Positions 49,086 to 57,315 of a DNA stretch of 64,000 nt are shown here, piece by piece (the stretch's first letter is position 1; the number at the start of each line of letters is the position of its first letter). The notes beneath the pieces are model-generated. The model searched no databases, was not told the DNA's origin, and saw nothing but the letters and a program-made list of their open reading frames with translations. This stretch comes from Candidatus Azobacteroides sp. (lineage in GTDB: Bacteria; Bacteroidota; Bacteroidia; Bacteroidales; WRGA01): assembly GCA_009787405.1 (NCBI GenBank), contig WRGA01000121.1, positions 2,709 through 66,708 on the forward strand, read 5' to 3'. The translations under genes were made by a program, and so were the position numbers.

Positions 49086-49244
49086 TAGATACCGTTTTTT
49101 GAGACATATTTATTCCCAATCAGGATTAATTGCATAAACAACGATGTAAAAATACAACCATTTATTAAAATAACAAGTACAATATCTATTTTTAACATAA
49201 ATAATCACTCATTAACTGATGTTCACGATGCACAAAGCACGGTA

Positions 49245-49659
49245 AACGAGTAGACGAGGTTGGCTTTATGGTATCCGAAACCTATTTATTAAAGTTTATT
49301 CCGATTTATCGGGCGTAGCACAGTTCAGCGTAAGGAAAACCTGCCCGTACCCGTACCTCAACCCCATAACGGGTTGAACTACTTCGGAGTTCTATAATGC
49401 CGGGTTGTGCCGCCTTACCCCGATTGCATTTCGCTTACTTGGGGTTATCCATGTTTGCCTCCTACAGAGGCTTTACCGATCTTAATAACCGGTCATTTCA
49501 TGCTCCGAAAGAGTAAAATCAAACAGCGCGGAAATCGTTCTGCGTCGAAAATGACGATAATAAACAGAAAGCCCTGAGGGGGCGTAATCATTATATTATC
49601 AATTGATTACGACCCCTCAGGGCTTCCAATACCCACTTGGTTTTACTTGTCTACTCGTT
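49245..49659. ncRNA. Candidate large structured non-coding element (~415 nt), family unassigned
   Basis: No ORF of 60 aa or more occurs in any frame from 49199 to 49691. An 11-bp perfect closing helix joins 49245-49255 and 49649-49659. A 22-position hairpin joins 49569-49590 and 49604-49625, and at least six further 5-7 bp helices are present, including a cUUCGg-capped hairpin at 49377-49391. Two wobble positions and the UUCG loop favour the + strand. A T-rich run after the big hairpin on the - strand favours a terminator reading. The strand is left open. Confidence 0.35.
49569..49625 (-). terminator. Possible intrinsic terminator of the ECF-sigma operon (alternative reading of the large hairpin)
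   Basis: 21 of 22 paired positions with a 13-nt loop. On the minus strand it is followed by CTTTCTGTTTATTAT. It lies about 65 nt downstream of the 49692 stop. Confidence 0.4.
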
Positions 49660-49691
49660 ATTTTTGATTCCTGATGCGGTTAATCCATGAA

Positions 49692-50144
49692 TCACTTTCT
49701 GTCGACTTGGCTTTTGATCAGCTCTTTGTTCATTTTCATTTCCGCCAGACTTATTTTGAACACTTTTTCCGGAGGCAGTATTTTTTTAAACTTAGCATAA
49801 TATTCTTTTACGATCTCAATTTCTTTTGAACGTACTTCAAGTTGACTATCAACCATTTTTGTATATTGTGCATCTGTAATATTTTTACCGGCCATGATGG
49901 TCTTTATTTCCCTCCTGACTTCCCTGTTTATTTCAAATCGTTTCTGCGTCATTTCATGGTAAAGGGGAAAAAACGCACGCGCTTCTTCCGGAGTAAGTTC
50001 CACTTCTTGTAAAATGATCTTTTCCTGCTCCGCCCGAAAAGCTTCTACATCAAATTTTTGTCCGTCTCTCCGAAGTTGATTCTGAGCTGATACGCCTAAC
50101 GAGAATATACTCATTAATGTCAGCAAAAATAGAATAGGTTTCAT
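49692..50144 (-). CDS. Secreted helical protein of unknown function (possibly Spy/CpxP-like), third gene of the ECF module
   Basis: 150 aa with a signal peptide (MKPILFLLTLMSIFSLGVSAQ) and a Lys/Glu-rich helical body. Confidence 0.5.
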   Translation of the reverse strand: MKPILFLLTLMSIFSLGVSAQNQLRRDGQKFDVEAFRAEQEKIILQEVELTPEEARAFFPLYHEMTQKRFEINREVRREIKTIMAGKNITDAQYTKMVDSQLEVRSKEIEIVKEYYAKFKKILPPEKVFKISLAEMKMNKELIKSQVDRK

Positions 50145-50176
50145 ACTGATTTATTTTTTCAATCTTTAGAATTACT

Positions 50177-50542
50177 TTAAAAATTACCGTTTGTTTCATG
50201 AAAATATTCATACAAATCGTAATCATTCACGGCTGAGATCAAGATGTCTTCATCCGACAAAGGGATTGTTTCCGATTGGTTTTGTGCCGTGGAAAAACCC
50301 TTTATTTCATGAGTTCCATATTGTACATATAAACGTATCCCCACCGCAATACCACATATCATAGCCGCCATGTACACCCACGGCAATATTTTTTTCCGCA
50401 ACCCGATTTTAATCGGCTTCGCCGGGTTTTCGGGTAATGAAGCCATTACACAAGCGGTCAGGTTTTCAAAATATCCTTCCGGAACGGTAAACGGATTTTT
50501 GTTCCCTACTTGCTCCAAAGAGGTGATCTTATCGGTTTTCAT
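50177..50542 (-). CDS. Single-pass membrane protein, putative anti-sigma factor
   Basis: 121 aa with one central TM (ILPWVYMAAMICGIAVGIRLYV). It lies between the ECF sigma gene and the secreted protein. The call rests on position only. Confidence 0.45.
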   Translation of the reverse strand: MKTDKITSLEQVGNKNPFTVPEGYFENLTACVMASLPENPAKPIKIGLRKKILPWVYMAAMICGIAVGIRLYVQYGTHEIKGFSTAQNQSETIPLSDEDILISAVNDYDLYEYFHETNGNF

Positions 50543-50671
50543 ATTGTTTTGTTGTTTTATTGTTTTATTTTAACATTTAAGCATCCGTGTACACTGCTTT
50601 TCGCGATACCGATTATTAGACTTGTTCAAAACAAAAAGGTTTAATTTCTTAAAAAGAATGAACATCTATTT

Positions 50672-51229
50672 TTACAACGTATTCGAAAAGTATTCCTCGA
50701 TCTTCTTTACGGCATGATGATATGATGCCTTCAACGCTCCGACCGAGGTTCCCAATATCCGGGACATTTCCTCATATTTCATGTCTTCAAAATAATGCAT
50801 GTTAAATACCAATCGCTGTTTCTCGGGTAAAGTGAGAATTGCTTTTTGCAATTTCAATTGGGCTTCGTCTCCTTCAAAATATTCCTCACTTTCCAAAATA
50901 TTGAGCAAAGGCATTTCATCATCAGAAAGAGAAACCTGATGGCGTGCCTTTTGACGATTCAGAAAGGTAATGCATTCATTTACCGCAATCCGGTAAAGCC
51001 ATGTGGATATTTTTGATTCCCCGCGGAAATTTTCAATGTTTATCCATGCTTTCATAAACGTATTTTGCAGCACGTCATCGGCATCATCATGGGATATCAC
51101 CATCCTTCTGATATGCCAATACAGACTTTCGGAATATTGAGATACAATGCTTCCAAATGCTTCCCGTCGTTTTCTCTCATCTTGCAGTTGAAGTATAATT
51201 TCTTTTTCGTGATATGCAGGCATAGTCAT
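50672..51229 (-). CDS. ECF-type RNA polymerase sigma-70 family factor
   Basis: 185 aa with region 2 (DADDVLQNTFMKAWINIENFRG...TWLYRIAVNE) and region 4 (LPEKQRLVFNMHYFEDMKYEEMSRILGTSVGALKASYHHAVKKI). Confidence 0.9.
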   Translation of the reverse strand: MTMPAYHEKEIILQLQDERKRREAFGSIVSQYSESLYWHIRRMVISHDDADDVLQNTFMKAWINIENFRGESKISTWLYRIAVNECITFLNRQKARHQVSLSDDEMPLLNILESEEYFEGDEAQLKLQKAILTLPEKQRLVFNMHYFEDMKYEEMSRILGTSVGALKASYHHAVKKIEEYFSNTL

Positions 51230-51250
51230 AAATCCGGATGATTAATCTCG

Positions 51251-51258
51251 CAAAGGTA
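51251..51258 (-). promoter_or_regulatory. -7 box TACCTTTG upstream of the ECF sigma gene
   Basis: TAnnTTTG match 22 nt upstream of the ATG at 51229. Confidence 0.5.
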
Positions 51259-51342
51259 ACATTTTATTAAAATAAAAGGGTACACGATTTACGGCTCTCT
51301 TCACCTCTTTGTCCGTCATTTTATTTTTCGACGGAAAAATTC

Positions 51343-51350
51343 TACCTTTG
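51343..51350 (+). promoter_or_regulatory. -7 box TACCTTTG upstream of acnA
   Basis: TAnnTTTG match 34 nt upstream of the ATG at 51384. Confidence 0.55.
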
Positions 51351-51383
51351 TTTAATGTTTTGAACTTAAAATAAAGACTATTT

Positions 51384-53639
51384 ATGATTTTTGACATTGA
51401 TCTGATCCAAAAGGTATATGATTCATATCCCGGCAAAATTGCCACAGCAAGACCAATCATCGGACACCCTTTGACGTTGACCGAAAAAATTTTGTATGCT
51501 CATTTATCCGAAGGAACCATCCTGAAACGATATGAAAGGGGTACGGATTACGTGAATTTCGCGCCGGATCGTGTGGCCATGCAAGATGCCACCGCACAAA
51601 TGGCTTTACTGCAATTTATCACTGCCGGGAAAAATCGTACCGCCGTACCGTCGACCGTTCATTGCGATCATCTGATCCCGGCTCACCACAATGCCGCCGA
51701 AGACCTGAAACAGGCAGAAATAACGAACGATGAAGTTTATACATTTTTACGTTCGGTTTCCCAAAAATACGGCATCGGCTTTTGGAAGCCCGGCGCCGGT
51801 ATTATTCATCAGGTTTTACTGGAAAATTATGCTTTTCCCGGAGGAATGATGATCGGTACCGATTCGCACACTCCCAATGCGGGCGGATCGGGCATGATTG
51901 CCATCGGCGTGGGTGGTGCGGATGCCATGGATGTGATGGCGGGTATGTCTTGGGAATTGAAAATGCCGAAGCTGATCGGTGTAAAACTGACGGGAAAAAT
52001 GAACGGATGGACTTCCCCGAAGGATGTCATTCTCAAACTTGCCGGCATCCTGACCGTAAAAGGCGGAACAAATTCGATCATCGAGTATTTCGGCGAAGGA
52101 ACAAAATCGATTTCCGCAACCGGAAAAGCCACGATTTGCAACATGGGGGCGGAAGTCGGCGCCACCACGTCGGTTTTCCCTTACGACGAAAAGATGAATG
52201 AATATCTCCGGGTTACGGGACGCGAAAAGGTGGCGAAACTTGTCGCCGGAATCGCCGCATGTTTGCAACCTGATCCCGAAATTCTTGCCGATCCCGAAAA
52301 GTACTATGACCGCATCATAGAAATCGACCTCGACCAATTGGAGCCTTACATCAACGGGCCGTTTACTCCGGATGCCGCTTATCCGGTATCCGAATTCGGC
52401 AAAATAGTGAAAGAAAAAGATTACCCGCAAAAGATGGAAGTGGGACTGATCGGTTCCTGCACCAACTCGTCATACGAAGATTTGAGCCGGGCGGCTGCCA
52501 TCGCTCGCCAAGCCCGAAAAGACAACCTGAAAGTAAAAGCGGAATTAATCATCAATCCGGGATCTGAACAAATCCGCCATACCACCGAAAGAGACGGCAT
52601 CATTTCCGATTTCGAGTCGATCGGCGGTGTGATCATGGCGAATGCCTGCGGCCCTTGTATCGGACAATGGCAACGGGATGATCAAATCGGACGTCCTAAT
52701 TCGATCGTCACTTCTTTCAACCGGAATTTTGCCAAAAGAAATGACGGCAATCCGCAAACCCATGCATTTGTGGCATCCCCCGAAATGGTGACGGCGTTGA
52801 CCATTGCCGGTGATTTGTGTTTCAATCCATTGACGGACACTTTAATCAACGAAAACGGACAAAACATCAAGCTGAAAGAACCCGAAGGATTCGAAAGTCC
52901 TCCGAAAGGCTATTCCGTAGATGATCCGGGATACATCGCTCCTCCGGCTGACGGCGGAAACATTACGGTTAAAATCAATCCCGATTCTCAACGCCTGCAA
53001 TTGTTGCAACCGTTTCCCGCTTGGGACGGAAAAGATATCGAACAGCTTCCGTTGCTGATCAAAGCGAAAGGAAAATGTACGACGGATCATATTTCGCCTG
53101 CCGGCCCGTGGTTGAAATTCCGCGGACATCTGGAAAACATTTCGGACAATCTGCTGACCGGCGCCGTCAATGCATTCGACGGCAAAGCCGGTTCGGCATT
53201 GAATCCCCGAAACGGCGAATCTGAAAGTGTATCCGTTTTGGCGAAAGAATACAAAAAAGCAGGCATCGGCTCCATCGTGGTGGGCGAAGAGAACTACGGA
53301 GAAGGTTCTTCCCGCGAACATGCCGCCATGGAACCCCGTTTTTTGAATGTCAAAGCTATTTTGGTGAAATCTTTTGCCCGCATTCACGAAACGAATCTGA
53401 AAAAGCAAGGGATGCTTGCTCTTACTTTTTCCGACAAAAACGATTACGACAAAATACAGGCAGACGATAAAATCAGCATTCACGGATTGACCGCGTTTAC
53501 ACCGGGAAAACCGTTACACGCGACATTGCATCATGCTGACGGAACAACCGATGCTTTTGATGTTTTGCATACGTACAACGAAACTCAAATCGAATGGTTC
53601 AAGGCCGGAAGCGCTCTCAATAAAATGAAATCCGAATAA
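51384..53639 (+). CDS. acnA: Aconitate hydratase, short (~750 aa) mitochondrial-like type
   Basis: 751 aa with [20 protein letters not shown] and Fe-S ligand contexts SCTNSSYED and [10 protein letters not shown]. Confidence 0.92.
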   Translation: MIFDIDLIQKVYDSYPGKIATARPIIGHPLTLTEKILYAHLSEGTILKRYERGTDYVNFAPDRVAMQDATAQMALLQFITAGKNRTAVPSTVHCDHLIPAHHNAAEDLKQAEITNDEVYTFLRSVSQKYGIGFWKPGAGIIHQVLLENYAFPGGMMIGTDSHTPNAGGSGMIAIGVGGADAMDVMAGMSWELKMPKLIGVKLTGKMNGWTSPKDVILKLAGILTVKGGTNSIIEYFGEGTKSISATGKATICNMGAEVGATTSVFPYDEKMNEYLRVTGREKVAKLVAGIAACLQPDPEILADPEKYYDRIIEIDLDQLEPYINGPFTPDAAYPVSEFGKIVKEKDYPQKMEVGLIGSCTNSSYEDLSRAAAIARQARKDNLKVKAELIINPGSEQIRHTTERDGIISDFESIGGVIMANACGPCIGQWQRDDQIGRPNSIVTSFNRNFAKRNDGNPQTHAFVASPEMVTALTIAGDLCFNPLTDTLINENGQNIKLKEPEGFESPPKGYSVDDPGYIAPPADGGNITVKINPDSQRLQLLQPFPAWDGKDIEQLPLLIKAKGKCTTDHISPAGPWLKFRGHLENISDNLLTGAVNAFDGKAGSALNPRNGESESVSVLAKEYKKAGIGSIVVGEENYGEGSSREHAAMEPRFLNVKAILVKSFARIHETNLKKQGMLALTFSDKNDYDKIQADDKISIHGLTAFTPGKPLHATLHHADGTTDAFDVLHTYNETQIEWFKAGSALNKMKSE

Positions 53640-53656
53640 CCGGAATAATTGAATAT

Positions 53657-54838
53657 ATGCAAAAAATAATATTGAAAGACAATCAATTGCAGGTTTCCGA
53701 TTTTCCCGTGATTCCTTTTATCGAAGGAGACGGCATTGGAAAAGACATTTGGCCGGCAGCCCGGTCGGTAATGGATCAAGCTGTGGAAAAAGCCTATCAC
53801 GGACAACGTCGAATCGAATGGAAAGAAGTTTTGGCCGGAGAAAAGGCTTTTCTCCAAACGGGTTCCCGGTTACCGGAAGAAACGATGAATGCCTTCAAAG
53901 AATATTTGGTCGGAATCAAAGGCCCGTTGACCACACCGGTCGGTGGCGGCATTCGATCGTTGAATGTCGCATTGAGGCAGGACTTGGATTTATACGTCTG
54001 TTTACGTCCGGTTCGATGGTTCAGAGGGGTCGAATCTCCCATCAAGCATCCGGAAAAAGTCAATATGGTTATTTTCCGGGAAAACACGGAAGATATTTAC
54101 GCCGGCATCGAATGGATGCAGGGAACGGAAGAAGCACAAAAGTTCTACCACTTGTTGGAATCTGAAATGAACGTAAAAAAAGTCCGATTCCCCAAAACTT
54201 CATCATTCGGCGTAAAACCCGTTTCGGTGGAAGGTTCCGAAAGATTGGTGCGGGCAGCAATTAAATATGCGTTAAAAAATAATTTGCCGTCGGTGACATT
54301 GGTTCATAAAGGAAATATCATGAAATTTACCGAAGGCGGTTTCAAAACATGGGGGTATGCATTGGCTGAAAGAGAGTTTGCCGATGAAATCAAATCGGGG
54401 AAACTTGTAATCAAAGATGTGATCGCCGATGCTTTTTTACAAAACACGCTGTTAAAACCCGAAGATTATGCGGTAATTGCCACATTAAATCTGAACGGCG
54501 ATTATATCTCCGATCAGTTGGCAGCCATGGTGGGCGGCATCGGCATTGCGCCGGGTGCGAACATCAATTATCAAACGGGACATGCCATTTTTGAAGCAAC
54601 TCACGGAACAGCCCCCGACATTGCGGGAAAACAAATTGCCAATCCGTCTTCCTTGTTGTTGTCGGGCGTTATGATGCTGGAATATCTGGGTTGGAACGAA
54701 GCCGCCGGACTCATTGAAAAAGCAATGGAAACTACGTTTCTGAGCGGAAAAGCCACCGGCGATCTGGCCCGTTTCATGAAAGACGGTCATACCCTTTCCA
54801 CGAAAGAATTTGCGGCAGAACTGAATGCGAACCTTTGA
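53657..54838 (+). CDS. icd: NADP-dependent isocitrate dehydrogenase (homodimeric Icd type)
   Basis: 393 aa with [30 protein letters not shown] and [26 protein letters not shown]. It starts 17 nt after acnA. Confidence 0.9.
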   Translation: MQKIILKDNQLQVSDFPVIPFIEGDGIGKDIWPAARSVMDQAVEKAYHGQRRIEWKEVLAGEKAFLQTGSRLPEETMNAFKEYLVGIKGPLTTPVGGGIRSLNVALRQDLDLYVCLRPVRWFRGVESPIKHPEKVNMVIFRENTEDIYAGIEWMQGTEEAQKFYHLLESEMNVKKVRFPKTSSFGVKPVSVEGSERLVRAAIKYALKNNLPSVTLVHKGNIMKFTEGGFKTWGYALAEREFADEIKSGKLVIKDVIADAFLQNTLLKPEDYAVIATLNLNGDYISDQLAAMVGGIGIAPGANINYQTGHAIFEATHGTAPDIAGKQIANPSSLLLSGVMMLEYLGWNEAAGLIEKAMETTFLSGKATGDLARFMKDGHTLSTKEFAAELNANL

Positions 54839-54875
54839 GAGTTAAAAAGTTAAGAGTTAAGAATTTAGAGCATTA
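54838..54875 (+). repeat. Heptamer-periodic tract starting at the icd stop codon
   Basis: TGA-GAGTTAA-AAAGTTAA-GAGTTAA-GAATTTA-GAGCATTAA. Confidence 0.8.
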
Positions 54876-54886
54876 ACAATTTATAT

Positions 54887-54969
54887 TTTAAACGCCAAGT
54901 CACAAAGACGGAAAGGCGCAAAGTTTAAATCCTTTGCGCCTTTGTGTCTTTGCATCTTTGCGTTTGAAA
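54887..54969. repeat. ~83-bp imperfect palindrome of CAAAG/CTTTG units centred on TTTAAA (most complete copy)
   Basis: TTTAAACGCCAAGTCACAAAGACGGAAAGGCGCAAAG-TTTAAA-TCCTTTGCGCCTTTGTGTCTTTGCATCTTTGCGTTTGAAA. The arms are near reverse complements. Confidence 0.8.
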
Positions 54970-55014
54970 TGATTTAATTAAATTCTGCCATGTACCTAAA
55001 AGCCGGAGTTGAAA

Positions 55015-55048
55015 GCAAAAAAGTCCGCATGAATTTGCGGACTTTTTT
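55015..55048. terminator. Bidirectional rho-independent terminator (icd / C10 copy A)
   Basis: An A-run, GTCCGCA, a 6-nt loop, TGCGGAC and a T-run lie between convergent genes. Confidence 0.85.
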
Positions 55049-55065
55049 GCCGGATAAAGGTTCTA

Positions 55066-57288
55066 TCAGTTTTTGATGATCTTTTCTGTTATCACATTGT
55101 TTCCGGTTTGAACGGTAACCAAGTAATACCCGGGTGTTAAGTCATTTACGGGAATATCCACTTGTTTCATTTTACAGAGAACGGATTTCACCGTTCTGCC
55201 CGATAAATCGGTTATCTTAACCGATTGAATGATTGATTCTTCACCGGAAACGGATAATACGTCTTTCACGGGATTCGGATAAAGTGTAAAGGAAGAAACG
55301 GATACATTATTCAATGACGAAAAAATTTCAGGCTCTATTGTAATATCAATATTGTTTAAATAAGACCTATAATTAGAAACCAATTTTCTCTCTCCTGTTG
55401 CTGCTTTTGCATACAAAGCTAATTTGTATGTACCGGCAACTGTCAATGCGGAAGTAGAGAAAGTTGCTTCTGCCACATAATTTTGCTCAATGGAAATGTT
55501 TGTTTTATCAATTAATTGTGCTAACTCTCCGGTGGAAGGAGAATATAATCCTAAGTCCAGTTCACCGATAAATGCCGAGCCCTGATTCCATAATCCTGCT
55601 ATAACACTGAATGGTTCACCTTTTTTTGTAGTTGAAGATGTTACAGTTAATCCGGGATCTTCAGGTCGATAGTAATTATACATCACTAATTTACTGTTAT
55701 CGGCAACAATCCCGTTTTCTACTTCCAAAGGAAGGATATCTGTTGATAAGGCATCTCCCTCAATAACGATCCAATCGCCATCTGTCGGTTTAACCGCTGC
55801 ACGAATTTTATAATTTCCCGGTGAAACATCGGACGAAACAGCACAAGTAACAGTAAATGCGGCTGAGAAAGAATATCCTGCCGGTAATTCCTGTGCATTA
55901 TAACTGCCTATCGGCTCAATGATCTCGTCATTATCATCCACCAAAACAATCCCGTAAAGACCGGAAAAATCTGTAACCCCGGCGTTGGCATAAGTTGCCT
56001 CAACGGTAAAACTTTCTCCTCTATCAACAGATGTCGCAGGAGAACTCAAACTTGTTTTGCTTTTTAACTTCATTTCATAACTCTTTATACCGTTTTGATT
56101 CGGCATAATATTGAGAATGATCCCTTGATTGGTGTTATACACACCGGAACCTGAACCGGCGCCATCGATTCCGGGATTCAACATATTCGACGCAAAATAG
56201 CCGTCATGTAAACCTCCCCATCCCCAATTAAAATGAAAAAGTCCTGTATTGTCGTATCCGTCACAAACAAAGGCATGACCGGCTTCATTAACATCCGAAC
56301 CGGAGTAAAATACCGGCCTTCCCGCGTCAATCTCATTTTTTAACATCCCATTCCACTCCTCATCGTCATAATACACCCGTTGTTTGCCCTGCACGCTTTG
56401 ATCATAACCGAAGTAAGTCATCCAAGCTTTGCCCGCAGCTATACTGCTTGCCGCGCTCCCGCCGTTGGTTGCCAAATTATAATCCATTCCCACACTTACT
56501 CCACAATGATACATCAATGTCGCCACAGCTGCATTTTGTTCGGCTGTGGATGTTCCGTCATACGTATTGGTCATATTGTTCCAATCATAATTGACATTAA
56601 AATCAACAGACGGAATATCTATACTCATCGAATTCGTTGTATAGGGGTCACTGCTTCCCGTTCCCGATGTCGGATAATTATAATACTTCATGATTTGCGC
56701 CATGGCTGTGGCCACACAACCGGTCACGGTTTTTGTTCCGCCGATGGACGGACACAAATCATTATACGGTCCGTATTGATTCCACCGGGTTTGGATCAAT
56801 GGAAGCACCGCCTGAACAGATCTCAAAGATGCTGCATTCCCGGTCAGATAAGCATTCCACGTTGCTTTTGTTTCTTCACTTTGAGGCAGATTATTTTCGA
56901 CGGCATACGCAATTTCCCGTTGCAAATAATCAATCCAATACGCCATATTCGGGGGAAGATTATCCGGGTCGTATCCCCCTTTACCGTATCCCAACACTGG
57001 CGCAGTCGCATCATCGCCCGAAACCATGACAAATCCGTCATTTTCTCCGACATTAAACACATAGTAATAAACCGCCTCCGGGGAGGCTTTTGAATTTCTT
57101 AATCCCGTTTGACTTGCGGCGGTATATACCAATTTTAAATCAACGGATTTACCGCTTCTCAATTGATCTTGAGAACGAACAAGTCCCAAAGCGACTTTTT
57201 CCGCCTTTTCGACATCTACTTTTCCCGCATGCAAAGGAGCAAATAAGAACATCAATGCCGAACCCATTAAGAATACCGATTTTTTCAT
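55066..57288 (-). CDS. Peptidase C10 (streptopain/PrtT-like cysteine protease) with propeptide, Ig-like domains and a T9SS sorting domain, copy A
   Basis: 740 aa with a signal peptide and a Spi-type propeptide. The catalytic Cys context is TGCVATAMAQIMKYY, the His context is GHAFVCDGYD, and NWGWGG is present. The C-terminus FTLYPNPVKDVL...GYYLVTVQTGNNVITEKIIKN is a T9SS CTD. Confidence 0.85.
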   Translation of the reverse strand: MKKSVFLMGSALMFLFAPLHAGKVDVEKAEKVALGLVRSQDQLRSGKSVDLKLVYTAASQTGLRNSKASPEAVYYYVFNVGENDGFVMVSGDDATAPVLGYGKGGYDPDNLPPNMAYWIDYLQREIAYAVENNLPQSEETKATWNAYLTGNAASLRSVQAVLPLIQTRWNQYGPYNDLCPSIGGTKTVTGCVATAMAQIMKYYNYPTSGTGSSDPYTTNSMSIDIPSVDFNVNYDWNNMTNTYDGTSTAEQNAAVATLMYHCGVSVGMDYNLATNGGSAASSIAAGKAWMTYFGYDQSVQGKQRVYYDDEEWNGMLKNEIDAGRPVFYSGSDVNEAGHAFVCDGYDNTGLFHFNWGWGGLHDGYFASNMLNPGIDGAGSGSGVYNTNQGIILNIMPNQNGIKSYEMKLKSKTSLSSPATSVDRGESFTVEATYANAGVTDFSGLYGIVLVDDNDEIIEPIGSYNAQELPAGYSFSAAFTVTCAVSSDVSPGNYKIRAAVKPTDGDWIVIEGDALSTDILPLEVENGIVADNSKLVMYNYYRPEDPGLTVTSSTTKKGEPFSVIAGLWNQGSAFIGELDLGLYSPSTGELAQLIDKTNISIEQNYVAEATFSTSALTVAGTYKLALYAKAATGERKLVSNYRSYLNNIDITIEPEIFSSLNNVSVSSFTLYPNPVKDVLSVSGEESIIQSVKITDLSGRTVKSVLCKMKQVDIPVNDLTPGYYLVTVQTGNNVITEKIIKN

Positions 57289-57315
57289 AAATTTGTAAAT
57301 ATTAATTAAATAAAA

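Noticed and set aside
48980-49198. 72-aa hydrophobic ORF just upstream of marR
   Set aside because: It is translated straight through the CAAAG/CTTTG palindromic repeat (49004-49085) in an AT-rich spacer. Its composition, not selection, explains the hydrophobicity.
49245-49659. Identity of the structured element as RNase P RNA, tmRNA, 6S or SRP RNA
   Set aside because: A P1-like closing helix and a segment CACAACCCGGCAUUAU (minus-strand reading) loosely recall the RNase P P4 3' strand. However, there is no GAGGAAAGUCC box after the first hairpin on either strand. It also lacks a tRNA-like acceptor/T-arm or tag ORF for tmRNA, and it is far too long for 6S or 4.5S RNA.
51242-51460. 72-aa minus-strand ORF between the ECF sigma gene and acnA
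   Set aside because: It covers both divergent -7 boxes and the acnA start codon, and it has no recognisable features.
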